Of a stretch of DNA of 64,000 nucleotides, positions 9,687 to 19,337 are shown piece after piece. Below the pieces are notes generated by a model, which searched no databases, was not told the DNA's origin, and saw nothing but the letters and a program-made list of their open reading frames with translations. The position numbers and the translations under genes were made by a program. Each line of letters opens with the position of its first letter. Position 1 is the first letter of the stretch. The DNA comes from Chloroherpetonaceae bacterium (GTDB lineage Bacteria; Bacteroidota; Chlorobiia; Chlorobiales; Thermochlorobacteraceae): NCBI GenBank assembly GCA_025056565.1, contig JANWWA010000004.1:61689-125688 (forward strand). The letters run 5' to 3'.

Positions 9687-10719
9687 AACTTCGCATCAAA
9701 TCTAACTGCTTGGGTACCAGATGACCAACGAGGCGCTCAGCGATCTGCACAGCATTGGTAGCAGCACCTTTGCGAAGGTTGTCAGCGACAATCCATAAGT
9801 TCAAGCTCTTTGGCTGCGATAGGTCGCGCCGCACTCGGCCTACGAAGACTTCGTCACGCCCGTAACAATCAATTGGCATAGGGTAAAGCCGCTGTTGCGG
9901 GTTGTCTTTGAGCACCACACCCGGTGCAGACGATAAAATCGAGCGCACTTCCTCGAGGTCAAATTCTTGCTCAAACTCAATATTCACTGCTTCACTGTGT
10001 CCACCATAAACAGGCACGCGCACTGCTGTGGGCGAGACTTGAATCGAGGCGTCTCCCATAATTTTTTTCGTCTCGTGTATCATTTTCATTTCCTCTTTCG
10101 TGTAGCCATCTTCGACAAACTCATCAATTTGTGGCACTACATTAAATGCAATCGGATGAAAGTGCACGTGCTGTGCAGGTTTGACACCTGCCAACTCCGA
10201 CTCTAAAGCCTCCAGACCTTTTTTACCCTTGCCAGTTACCGACTGATAAGTAGAGACCACTACACGACGAATCTTATAGCGGTCGTGCAAAGGTTTTAAG
10301 ACCACGACCATCTGGATAGTTGAACAATTCGGATTGGCGATAATCGGTGCAGGGCGTCCATTTTGAAAGATGGTCTCAGGATTAACTTCTGGCACAACAA
10401 GCGGCACCTCATGCTCCATTCGGAAAGCAGAGGAGTTATCAATTACAATTGCACCTTGCGCAGCCGCAACGGGTGCCCAAACCTTACTGGCAGCAGCACC
10501 AGCTGAGAACAGCGCAATGTCCACGTCAGCAAAAGCGGCTGCAGAGGGCACTTGCACCGTGTAGGATTGACTTTGAAACTCAATTACCTGGCCTGCAGAG
10601 CGCTCACTGGCAAGAGGCACGATTTTCTGCACAGGAAAATGCCGCTCTGCCAAGCAAGCCAGCATGGTGCGACCGACCAGACCGGTTGCACCTAAGACCG
10701 CAACGGTATAGCGATGCAT
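9685..10719 (-). CDS. asd: aspartate-semialdehyde dehydrogenase
   Basis: NAD(P)-binding N-terminus VAVLGATGLVGRTML and active-site region NPNCSTIQMVV. The 344-aa length matches the short Asd class. Confidence 0.92.
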   Translation of the reverse strand: MHRYTVAVLGATGLVGRTMLACLAERHFPVQKIVPLASERSAGQVIEFQSQSYTVQVPSAAAFADVDIALFSAGAAASKVWAPVAAAQGAIVIDNSSAFRMEHEVPLVVPEVNPETIFQNGRPAPIIANPNCSTIQMVVVLKPLHDRYKIRRVVVSTYQSVTGKGKKGLEALESELAGVKPAQHVHFHPIAFNVVPQIDEFVEDGYTKEEMKMIHETKKIMGDASIQVSPTAVRVPVYGGHSEAVNIEFEQEFDLEEVRSILSSAPGVVLKDNPQQRLYPMPIDCYGRDEVFVGRVRRDLSQPKSLNLWIVADNLRKGAATNAVQIAERLVGHLVPKQLDLMRS

Positions 10720-10788
10720 GTTGATACTTGGTTAGCGTTCAGTGTGCAAAGATACGCACACCGCGCTGTGCTGAGCAATTAAATGCAA

Positions 10789-10816
10789 CAAAAAAGCCCT
10801 GTTTGACAGGGCTTTT
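10789..10816 (-). terminator. rho-independent terminator downstream of orphan membrane-protein gene
   Basis: 8-bp stem AAGCCCTG (10794-10801) / CAGGGCTT (10807-10814) with a 5-nt loop. On the minus strand it is followed by UUUUUU (comp. of 10790-10795). Confidence 0.65.
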
Positions 10817-10887
10817 GGGCAAGCATTGCGCAAAGTGGGCATGTGCTTGCTCGGGCGTTTCAGCCTCCATACTCACTTGGCTGAACG

Positions 10888-11727
10888 CTATTTGGATTTC
10901 ACTGCGTCTGAAGCGCTGCTTAGGCTCTTAGCAATCCAGCCTGCAATGCCAGACTTTTCAACCACCGTGCGAGCCACATCGCCTGACTGCAAGAGTGCAA
11001 AATACGGCAGCGTAATAGTCGCTAAAATAGGTGCTCCAATCAGCATCGCAATAAATTGTGTGAGGCGGTCTCTGTGCGTAAGATCGCTAATGAGTGCCGT
11101 CACCCGATAAGTGCCCATCAGTGGTAGGAAAGGTGCCATCATCACATTAGTAACCGCTTTGGTTGCACCATCAATAAACGCATCGGGCTTGTATTCTTTT
11201 TCGGACTTATCGAACCCAGCACCGAGCACCTCAGGAATGTCGTCCAATGCCTTCATGAAGGCTTTATCAATTCCCTTTTCACGAATGCGCGCCGACTGGA
11301 AATTAGCCGCTTCGTAAAGTCCCATCAGCACATTAAACGGTGCAGTAAGGAGCAGGGACAAAATACCAGCCATCCACCGTTGTGACTCGTCGCCACTTTT
11401 GACAAAGTCGGCACCCAGCTTGAAACCACGATAGATGCCCAAAATTGGAATGTATGGCCAGCTGGTGCTAAGCACAATCCATGCCGTCAGCCAGTCATTC
11501 ATACGGCGCTGCGCAGGGTCGTCAATGTGTTCATACTTCAGCTTGCCGCTGATGTAGTCACCAAACATCTCAAGAGCATTTCTGCCCGTATCCTTAATCT
11601 CAACCTTCATTCCGAGCGACTCGCTGACCTCTGGCAAGAACTCAATGGTGTGCGGCAGCGTAAAGTGATAGACAAAGGCGGTAGGCAGGACTCGAACGGC
11701 ATCTGCTCCCGTTGCATTGACAGCCAT
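10888..11727 (-). CDS. hypothetical membrane protein with internal P-x-x-x-L-M-G-x-Y repeats
   Basis: ATG at 11727 with a strong SD (AAAGGAGAAAAACU-AUG). Has its own terminator. Four hydrophobic segments, three ending in a related motif (WPYIPILGIYRG, TAPFNVLMGLYEA, MAPFLPLMGTYRV) and a fourth, degenerate one (GAPILATITLPYF). I recognise no family. Confidence 0.7.
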   Translation of the reverse strand: MAVNATGADAVRVLPTAFVYHFTLPHTIEFLPEVSESLGMKVEIKDTGRNALEMFGDYISGKLKYEHIDDPAQRRMNDWLTAWIVLSTSWPYIPILGIYRGFKLGADFVKSGDESQRWMAGILSLLLTAPFNVLMGLYEAANFQSARIREKGIDKAFMKALDDIPEVLGAGFDKSEKEYKPDAFIDGATKAVTNVMMAPFLPLMGTYRVTALISDLTHRDRLTQFIAMLIGAPILATITLPYFALLQSGDVARTVVEKSGIAGWIAKSLSSASDAVKSK

Positions 11728-11913
11728 AGTTTTTCTCCTTTGCGATTAAAGGTTTGTAAGAAACATATCCTCAAAAGTCAGCAACCCGTAGGGCTGCGCT
11801 ACTCTTTTTGCCTCAGCGGGCAGAGGTTACTTCTGATGTGAATTTAGACAAGGCAGGCGGCTTTTCAAAGAAAATTGTAACGACCGAATCGACTTTATCA
11901 GCAGTGAACAGGG

Positions 11914-14364
11914 TTACAATGCCGCGCCCAGCGTAAGATAAAAGTTGCGGATTTCTGCAGGAATGATACCAGGTCCTGGATATGAGTCGGCGCGGCGTGT
12001 AAAGTAAAAGTTGTTCGTGAGGTTTGTTACGCCGGCTTCAATGCTAAGCAGTCCAATCTGATAGCGCAGTGACGCATCCGCAACCCAGTATGCTGGAATG
12101 ATGCCATTGACAGCTGTCGCAGTGCGCACGGCATTGGTAGCATCGGTGAAATGCTCGCCTGTGTAAGAAAATTGCACCGTAGCTTGGAACTTCTCCTGCC
12201 GAAAAGTCAAACCAGAGCGGAAAGTGATAGGTGGCACAAGCTCTACGCGTTTCTGGCGAATGGAAGGTTCATCTGTGTTGATGTAACGCGCATCTAAAAG
12301 CGCAAAATTAGAGAAAAGCGAGAGGCTAAATGTGGCATAGCGGTTAAAAAGTCTGGCTACATCGGCTTCAATGAATGTTTCAATGCCAATCGTGCGTGAG
12401 TCAGCGATATTGGTGCGTAAACGATAGGGCAAAAACAGCGGCGGCTGGTCGTTTTTCAAAAGCAGACCGATTTGGTTGTTGTAGCCCAGCATAAAAAGCG
12501 TAAGGTCGTAATACACCAACCCTTCCCAATTGCCACGCACGCCGAAGTCCGCATTAAACCCACGCTCGTCTTGAATGTGGGGGTCAACGGCAAAATTAGG
12601 ATTGACAATGCGTAGGTCGCTGAACGTGATGGAGCGATAGTTTTGCGAAAAGTTCGCATACACTTCCACGCTACTGCTGGGTGTGTAGCTAAGACCAACA
12701 CCGAAAAACACAAATGCACGCCGCCGTTCAAGAAACTCATCGGTGCGCTGAACAGCCACTGTGTTGCCAGCTCCATCATACACATACTGCTTAAAATAAC
12801 CTTCTGCGAAAGTTTGGATATTCTCATAACGGACACCGGGCGTAATAGAAAGCTGCGGCGTGAGCACAAAGATATTTTCTGCAAACACGGAAAAGTTTGT
12901 GTTTGGGAAAAGGTAGCTGGAGTTTTCAGGCTCGTTTGGATTAAGAAATTCAAAGGTGGGATTGGCGCTGGCATCGGCATCGCCTTGTTTTTGTGTAGTT
13001 CTGCCATGAAAAATCCGAAATCCAGCAAGAAAGCTCGAGAGGTTACCAAAGAAATTGTAACGATGAATGAAGCGTGTTTCATTGGCAAGGTTACGAAAAT
13101 CGGCGTGGATCAACGTGCGGTTACGTGTGCCATCCAAGCGTGGCACATCGTCATTTTTGAAAATCACATCTAAGTTTCCGACCGATTGGCGGCTTGAGAG
13201 CAAGCCATAAAAGCGGCTGTTGAGGCGTGTCAGCTCTGAGAAGTGGTAGTCTGCAGTGAGAGCAGCGACTTGCCAATCAATGCGAAACCAGTTGCGAGGG
13301 CGCAGCGATTGGCGGGGGTCTGTTGCAAACTGGTTATCGGTCAGACCACCGGGCTGACGCGCAAGGTAGTGCATGAAAGTGTAGTTCAGCGTGAGCGAAA
13401 GTTTTTCTGACAAGGCATAGCGCGTCGATAGATACGCCGTGTGCTGGTAAAATTCAGAGTTGGGGCGCCAGCCGTCACCACGCTTGAATTGATAGAAGCC
13501 GTAGTAGTTTAGCCTGTCCAAAGTGCCGCCGATACTATTGAATGAATTAAAGAGACCAAATGAACCAAGCGTTTGCCGCGTGAGGAACTCAAAAGGCTTA
13601 CCAGCAGGTCCCTCTTTGAAGACAAAGTTGAGCATTCCGCCAAACTGCGTGCCGTATTGAAGCGATGCGGCGCCACGCACAATCTCAATGCGGTCAAGGG
13701 CTTCAAAGGGTGGCGTATAGTAGCTTTCAGGATAGCCCAAAGGATCTGCCGAAATATCGTAGCCATTCTGACGCACATTGAAGTTCGAAGTGCGATTGGG
13801 GCTTAGCCCTCTACCGCCAATGCCTAATTGCAAACCCGCGCCATCCGATTCCCAGATGTTAAGACCTGAGACCTTCGCAAAAGTCTGACGGGCATTATTG
13901 GCGGCAAAGTTCCCGGTCAAGTCAGCCAGCACAATGCGTTCTGTTTTCTTCGCTTCATAGATGGCAACGCCTTCGACTGAAGCAAGTTTAGATATGCCGA
14001 AGGCATTAACTTTCTGGTCGCGCACAAAGATGTCGCTGGCTTGGAAAGAAAGTGGCACTAAGCGTATCTCAATAGGCTGCGAGAGCTGAAAGCGGTCTAG
14101 TGCTTGCGCAAAAGGTTCGTAGCCGCCTGCACTGACTTTCAAGGAGTCGCGCTCAAAAGGCGGCGCTGCGAAACGAAATTCGCCTTTCGCATCTGTGACC
14201 GTGCCAACCCCCTGCGCTTTGAGATAAACCGCTGCGCCTGCAATAGCTTCACCAGTTTCACGGTCGCGCACAGTGCCGAAGACCGTTGCAGATTCTTGTG
14301 CCCAAAGTTCTGTGGCAAAGAAAGCAAGGCTCACAAAGTATGTGCAAAGTCTGCAGTGCATCAT
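11914..14364 (-). CDS. TonB-dependent outer-membrane receptor with N-terminal carboxypeptidase-regulatory-like domain
   Basis: Signal peptide MMHCRLCTYFVSLAFFATELWAQ. CarboxypepD_reg-like TVFGTVRDRETGEAIAGAAVYLKAQGVGTVTDAKGEFRF. Plug region (IEIVRGAASLQYGTQFGG) and a long beta-barrel. The start ATG overlaps the HTTM stop (ATGA at 14361-14364). Confidence 0.9.
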   Translation of the reverse strand: MMHCRLCTYFVSLAFFATELWAQESATVFGTVRDRETGEAIAGAAVYLKAQGVGTVTDAKGEFRFAAPPFERDSLKVSAGGYEPFAQALDRFQLSQPIEIRLVPLSFQASDIFVRDQKVNAFGISKLASVEGVAIYEAKKTERIVLADLTGNFAANNARQTFAKVSGLNIWESDGAGLQLGIGGRGLSPNRTSNFNVRQNGYDISADPLGYPESYYTPPFEALDRIEIVRGAASLQYGTQFGGMLNFVFKEGPAGKPFEFLTRQTLGSFGLFNSFNSIGGTLDRLNYYGFYQFKRGDGWRPNSEFYQHTAYLSTRYALSEKLSLTLNYTFMHYLARQPGGLTDNQFATDPRQSLRPRNWFRIDWQVAALTADYHFSELTRLNSRFYGLLSSRQSVGNLDVIFKNDDVPRLDGTRNRTLIHADFRNLANETRFIHRYNFFGNLSSFLAGFRIFHGRTTQKQGDADASANPTFEFLNPNEPENSSYLFPNTNFSVFAENIFVLTPQLSITPGVRYENIQTFAEGYFKQYVYDGAGNTVAVQRTDEFLERRRAFVFFGVGLSYTPSSSVEVYANFSQNYRSITFSDLRIVNPNFAVDPHIQDERGFNADFGVRGNWEGLVYYDLTLFMLGYNNQIGLLLKNDQPPLFLPYRLRTNIADSRTIGIETFIEADVARLFNRYATFSLSLFSNFALLDARYINTDEPSIRQKRVELVPPITFRSGLTFRQEKFQATVQFSYTGEHFTDATNAVRTATAVNGIIPAYWVADASLRYQIGLLSIEAGVTNLTNNFYFTRRADSYPGPGIIPAEIRNFYLTLGAAL

Positions 14365-15773
14365 TGGCTTGCAGAAACCAGTTGGCGTTCAAACGGCAGA
14401 ATCCATGACTTGTAATGAAACCCCTCTTTTTCTTTGGCAAGATCGACGGTTGGGTCAATCAGGAGCCGACCGGGGCGACCGTTCATCGTAACATACACTT
14501 CAGCACGCACCTGTGGGTCTGTGACGCCATGTGCTGCGTAGTAATCGCGTAGAAAGTGCGCAAACTCCAAAATCATATCAGGCTGAAAGGACATTTGCTT
14601 TTCTTGGGTCGGATTTAGAAACTCAGCGTTATTGACCACGCCTTCTCGACCCGTTACACTATCCTTGACATAAAAAATTGCAGTGCCGGCCTTTTCTACC
14701 AGCATCACACGCCACGAGAAGCGGTAGCCTTGCTCATTCCAGAAAAATTCGCATGGATTCCACCACGAGTTATTCGGATAGAGCAGAAATCGAAAAGGCA
14801 GGAGGAATTGCAGCGCAAAATGCACAGCCAAAAGCATCAGAACAAGTGGTTGCCAGCGGGTCTGGTATGTCTTCGCCGATAGCGTTGCAGGCGATTGAGC
14901 GCTTAGGGGCAGCGCACGATGCAGCACAGATGCAATCAGACTAATTGCTCTCTTATGAAAGTCTTCTGAGAAGAAAATCGTGGTTGCACCAATCATCACA
15001 ATAGGGAAGACGCCGATTGGGAACATCATGCCTGTAATCGTGTGGAACAGAACGACAGCAAGGTAAGCCAGCACACGGGTGACTTTCCAAGAAAGAAAGA
15101 AGACAATCGTGCAGTCGTAAATCATTCCTGCCCAACTAAATAAGTATGCAGTGAGATCAAATGGCATTGCCCAGCCGATAAGCGGGAGCTTGTCTTGAGC
15201 GCGCAACCACAGTCGCAGGGGCATTGCTTCCAAAAGCCACTCTGAGTTGATTTTTGCAATGCCTGCAAAGAAATAAACAATCGCCAGCTGGAGCTTGAAC
15301 AAATCAATCGTCCAGCGCGGCACATGCTCTACACGAAGTGCTGGACGAAGCAAGATGTCAAGCGAAAAGTATCGATGTGCGGGCACAAGCGTTAGCAAAA
15401 ACGCCGTGATGCTGACAAAGTAGTAGTGATTGAGATAATAGGCTTTGTCCAGTAGTTCGACATATGTGAAAAGCAAGAAAAATAGCACAGAGGACACGCG
15501 GTAAAAAAGCCCTAACATGATGCAAAACGAGGTCAGCCCCATTGCGATGAAGACAAGATACATTCCCACTGCACCAAGCGGTTTGACCCACTCAAAGCCG
15601 TAATAAGTGAAGTGCATGACAGGCTTGATGTATTGGTCTTCAATCCAGCCAAGCAGCCAAAACCGAATCGTGCTAATGAGCATCACCAGCCCAAACACTA
15701 TGCGAAACATTGCGAGCGGCGCAATGTGCACAGGCTTTGTGAGAAATGATGTAAGCATCTGCAGCTTGACCAT
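14361..15773 (-). CDS. HTTM-domain polytopic membrane protein (vitamin-K-dependent gamma-carboxylase-like fold)
   Basis: N-terminus KPVHIAPLAMFRIVFGLVMLISTIRFWLLGWIEDQYIKPVMHFTYYGFEWV is the characteristic HTTM start. Multiple TMs, and a soluble C-terminal domain. Confidence 0.8.
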   Translation of the reverse strand: MVKLQMLTSFLTKPVHIAPLAMFRIVFGLVMLISTIRFWLLGWIEDQYIKPVMHFTYYGFEWVKPLGAVGMYLVFIAMGLTSFCIMLGLFYRVSSVLFFLLFTYVELLDKAYYLNHYYFVSITAFLLTLVPAHRYFSLDILLRPALRVEHVPRWTIDLFKLQLAIVYFFAGIAKINSEWLLEAMPLRLWLRAQDKLPLIGWAMPFDLTAYLFSWAGMIYDCTIVFFLSWKVTRVLAYLAVVLFHTITGMMFPIGVFPIVMIGATTIFFSEDFHKRAISLIASVLHRALPLSAQSPATLSAKTYQTRWQPLVLMLLAVHFALQFLLPFRFLLYPNNSWWNPCEFFWNEQGYRFSWRVMLVEKAGTAIFYVKDSVTGREGVVNNAEFLNPTQEKQMSFQPDMILEFAHFLRDYYAAHGVTDPQVRAEVYVTMNGRPGRLLIDPTVDLAKEKEGFHYKSWILPFERQLVSASQ

Positions 15774-15911
15774 TTAGCAAAGCAATTGTGTTAGGTCTTC
15801 CAAGTGCGTGCTATCCCTCTCACGCTGAGCTTCAAAAAACTCCAAGTCTGCTTGCCTGCGCTGGCTCCAAAGAAAGAGAAACCTTGCCCTGTGTAGTGGA
15901 GAGCATCGTTC

Positions 15912-17054
15912 TCAGTCGCCATCGCCACTGCTGAAAGTGATCGTGAGGGAAAGCAGCGAAGCCATTTCGCTCTTGAAAAAGCGGGTATGTCGCTGCAGCT
16001 CGGTGTGGAATGCATCGACCACTGCAAAATTTGAGACAATCGTTTGCGAAAGCGGTGCATCGGGCAGCGCATTCATTCGCTGCTTGACAAGCTCCAGCTG
16101 AGCCAGCGTGGAGATAACAAGAGCGGCACCGTTTGGCACGCTACGCAAGTAATCATCAAAACCTAAATCATCTATGCCAGTGCGACGGTGCATACCGAGA
16201 TAAATCATCTCAATCGCTTGTAAATGCTCACGAATGAACTTGACGGATTTACCGCTGTAGAAGGCTTCCACTTTTTGCGGCTCAGGGCGAGTTTGTCCTG
16301 GGCGCTTGCCTGCTGGCAGCCCTACCTTGAAATTCTTGATGTGCTCAAAGCTCTTTACGAACTCGTTAAAGAGCATTGAGGTCGAGCTGCCAACGCTGGT
16401 GCCATCATTGGTGATGAATTCAGCACGGTAGCGCTGCCAAGCATTTGCCGTTGCATCTACGTTTGCTTTAATGTCAGCTACAATCGCTTGTAGATACTGC
16501 CGTCGGTCAGGATTGCTGAAGCGAGAGATAATTTGTGCAAGCGTGCTATCACTGAAAAGGAGATACTCCACAGCGTTGAACCCGCGTGTATCACGGCTAA
16601 AATCATCGGTGGAGAAATTGCGCTGCTGGATTCGCTCTTCAATGCGTGCGGCATTTGTGGGAAAGACCCCGATTTTCTGAAACAGCGTGCCGGTTGATGT
16701 GGTCGCTGGCCCAAAATCAAATGTGCAGGCGTATTGCCACGCCGTGTAAGCCTCTTCCCAAGCCTGCTGTGCTGCACGCAAAGCGGCTTCACTGGGCGAG
16801 GCTGTAAAAGCATTAACTGCAGCTTGCATTGCATTGACTTTGCTTTGCAGCTCACTGTAACTTGGTATGATGAAATTTTCGGCGATGTTACGCAGCATTG
16901 AGCGGCGGTCAAAGCTATCCGTGCTTCCCTCAGTGGTACCGTTGTTACAAGAAACCGCAAAAGTTGCAGCAGTGGCAATAGCCGTAGTCGTAAGCACAAG
17001 TGACCACAAGGGGTTTGCAGAAAGACGTCTTAGGAGCAAAGCGGTGCGCATCAT
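15912..17054 (-). CDS. imelysin-family (peptidase M75-like) lipoprotein
   Basis: Lipobox TFAVSC. Two-lobed helical protein with imelysin-like segments (AAQQAWEEAYTAWQ, FDFGPA, RGFNAVEYLLF, HLQAIEMIYLG). Sits in the usual context next to HTTM and a TonB receptor. Confidence 0.75.
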   Translation of the reverse strand: MMRTALLLRRLSANPLWSLVLTTTAIATAATFAVSCNNGTTEGSTDSFDRRSMLRNIAENFIIPSYSELQSKVNAMQAAVNAFTASPSEAALRAAQQAWEEAYTAWQYACTFDFGPATTSTGTLFQKIGVFPTNAARIEERIQQRNFSTDDFSRDTRGFNAVEYLLFSDSTLAQIISRFSNPDRRQYLQAIVADIKANVDATANAWQRYRAEFITNDGTSVGSSTSMLFNEFVKSFEHIKNFKVGLPAGKRPGQTRPEPQKVEAFYSGKSVKFIREHLQAIEMIYLGMHRRTGIDDLGFDDYLRSVPNGAALVISTLAQLELVKQRMNALPDAPLSQTIVSNFAVVDAFHTELQRHTRFFKSEMASLLSLTITFSSGDGD

Positions 17055-17099
17055 CTGTGTCAGTCGCAGTTAGAGTTGGTGAAGGTTTCTGCTTGAAAG

Positions 17100-18284
17100 C
17101 TATCGGCGATTCTGTTGAGCAACCCAATTGAGCTTGAAACTTTCCACCTCTGCATCGGTGAAGCCGTAGATTTGTGCAAGACGCTCAATGACGCCAACGC
17201 CGGGGTCGTTACGTCCATCTAAGCGAAAAAGCTCGGCAGCCGTAGGGCTTGAACTAAGAAATCGGAACGACTGTGCAGAGGCAGTGGCATCGAATGGAGC
17301 GCGTAGCCGTTCCAGCAATTCATCAATTTGTGCATCGGTGATACGGCGTTGCGAGGCAGGGACAGCTTTCCAGCCAGAAAGAAAGCCAACAGCCTCACCG
17401 TAAGCGTGCATTGCGCTGGTAATAGTGGCGTCGTCACGCACACCTGAGGTGAGCGCTGCCAGCGTTGAATGGCAGTAATTAATCACTGTTGCTGCAAGTA
17501 CCTTCTCCCAATTAAGCTTGAAATCTGCGAGAGCTTTGTCGCGCTCTGAGTTGTAAGCTGAACCTGCGCGCACCGCAGCCTTTGCTGTAATGAGATTACG
17601 CTTGATTTGCTCATAGAGACTGTTTCGGTCATTGATGTCGCTACGGCGAGCAGCGTATTGTGCTGTGAAGCGGTCGCGTTGTGGGTCTGTGCTGCGTTCA
17701 TTGTTAGCAAAACTAGGCTTTGCACCATATATCTCCACAAGCCTATCAATCGTTGCTTCGGTGATGTTGCCAGTGTTGATAAGTGAAACAGCGTGGTTAT
17801 ACATTGCAGCCGCAAAGAGACCTTTTTCGATCACTTGCTCCATTTCCAGCATATTCTCGTCGTAGAGGTAGCCTATGCGTCCACCGTTGGTGGTGGGCAC
17901 CACACCACCATCACCCGTTGGTGCACTTTCCCATGGGTAGCGGGTGCGTTTGCCTGTCGCCTTTTGCAACTCCTCTAAGGCAACATTTACCTTGTTGCGA
18001 TAAAGCAGTGGCGTAATTTGTTGCAGGGTCGTGCCGTCCCAGAAACTACGCAAGGAAGCCAGCGTCAGCGTTGAGTCCATATTGCGCCCGACTTGCATAT
18101 GTGCGGTGAGCGCTGCAAGCTCTGTGCGCACACGTGCTTCGGTCGCTACATTTGCTGTGTAGCCCGTCGAGTCATATACCGACGGAATATCGAGCGGTGA
18201 GGTAGGTGAACTTGGATTATTGCGGCAAGCACTAAGCAGCAGCGCCGCAAAAAGCATCAGGCGTGCAAGTGAAAGCAGACGCAT
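17100..18284 (-). CDS. lipoprotein of the imelysin-associated DUF4856-like family
   Basis: Lipobox LLLSAC. Helical protein with EQVIEKGLFAAAMYNHA and AMHAYGEAVGFLSGW segments, which resemble DUF4856 as I remember it. First gene of the operon. The family label is less certain than the CDS itself. Confidence 0.6.
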   Translation of the reverse strand: MRLLSLARLMLFAALLLSACRNNPSSPTSPLDIPSVYDSTGYTANVATEARVRTELAALTAHMQVGRNMDSTLTLASLRSFWDGTTLQQITPLLYRNKVNVALEELQKATGKRTRYPWESAPTGDGGVVPTTNGGRIGYLYDENMLEMEQVIEKGLFAAAMYNHAVSLINTGNITEATIDRLVEIYGAKPSFANNERSTDPQRDRFTAQYAARRSDINDRNSLYEQIKRNLITAKAAVRAGSAYNSERDKALADFKLNWEKVLAATVINYCHSTLAALTSGVRDDATITSAMHAYGEAVGFLSGWKAVPASQRRITDAQIDELLERLRAPFDATASAQSFRFLSSSPTAAELFRLDGRNDPGVGVIERLAQIYGFTDAEVESFKLNWVAQQNRR

Positions 18285-18291
18285 TTGGATT

Positions 18292-18318
18292 ATTTAATTA
18301 GACAAAATCTAATTTAAT
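18292..18318. promoter_or_regulatory. imperfect inverted repeat, candidate operator in front of the iron-uptake-like operon
   Basis: ATTTAATTAGA (18292-18302), spacer CAAAA, then TCTAATTTAAT (18308-18318). 10 of 11 positions are complementary. Begins 8 nt upstream of the ATG at 18284, in an AT-rich spacer. Confidence 0.3.
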
Positions 18319-18376
18319 AGATATAAGATGATTTTGCAAGGGAAAGAGCGCAAAGAAGAGCTAGGAAGTGAAGTGG

Positions 18377-19177
18377 CTACTCGAACGAAGTGCCAAAGTA
18401 GGTTTGAACTTTGCTTAAAAGCCAGCCGTGAATTTTGCCGTTGGTAGCTATAATATTTCCCGATTTGAGGTAATCGTTATTGCCCTTAAAATCAGTAACC
18501 ACACCACCGGCCTCCTTAACAATGAGTGCCCCAGCGGCAATATCCCAGATTTTGAGACCATATTCCCAGAAACCATCGAACCGACCGCAAGCCGTGTAGG
18601 CAAGGTCAATTGCGGCGGAGCCTGGACGACGAATGCCAGCAGTGCTAACTAAAATGTCCTTGAAGAGATTGAGGTAAGCATCTAAGTGTTCATAGACCTT
18701 GTAAGGGAAACCGGTAGCTAAGAGCAATTTTTCGCTGCGAAAGTTTCGCGTAACACGGATGCGGCGATTGTTAAGATAAGCGCCGCGCCCTTTCTCAGCC
18801 GTGAAAAGCTCCTTCGTCATTGGCTGATAAATTGCACCAACTTGCAATTCGCCCCTTTCATCCATCAACGCCACACTGATGCAGAAGATGGCAAGCGAGT
18901 GAATAAAGTTGAGCGTGCCATCAATAGGGTCAATAATCCAGCGCCGACCTGAAGAGCCTTTCTCCAGCGTGCCTTCTTCGCCCATTATCTCATCGTAAGG
19001 AAATTTCTTGCGAATAGCCTCCGCAGCAAGTGCCTCGCATTCTTTGTCAACTTTGGTGACAAAGTCGTTGCGGTCCTTAAGACTAATGTGCGCAGTGGAA
19101 AGATGCCCAAAGTTTTTGCGGGCATACTTTCCAGCCGATTTTACAGCTGTAATAGCGGTGATAAGTTCGCGCGTCAT
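18377..19177 (-). CDS. suhB: inositol monophosphatase family protein (SuhB-like)
   Basis: Family motifs EEG, WIIDPIDGTLNFIH and WDIAAG. Confidence 0.88.
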   Translation of the reverse strand: MTRELITAITAVKSAGKYARKNFGHLSTAHISLKDRNDFVTKVDKECEALAAEAIRKKFPYDEIMGEEGTLEKGSSGRRWIIDPIDGTLNFIHSLAIFCISVALMDERGELQVGAIYQPMTKELFTAEKGRGAYLNNRRIRVTRNFRSEKLLLATGFPYKVYEHLDAYLNLFKDILVSTAGIRRPGSAAIDLAYTACGRFDGFWEYGLKIWDIAAGALIVKEAGGVVTDFKGNNDYLKSGNIIATNGKIHGWLLSKVQTYFGTSFE

Positions 19178-19337
19178 ACTTCATTCTTCCAGAGGTTTTT
19201 TGGTGGAACAAACAGCTATTGAAGCATGTTACTAAGTTAGCTCTCCATGCTATGAAACGTTTGCTTGCTTTTCATCATTCCGAAGGGTCGAAACAACACT
19301 TCAAAGGTGAGAAATTCTAAATGCTTGCACAACGCTT

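Noticed and set aside
12456-13173. 210-aa and 176-aa ORFs in alternative frames or antisense within the TonB-dependent receptor gene.
   Set aside because: They are embedded in a continuous 816-aa receptor ORF with plug and barrel motifs. No independent support.
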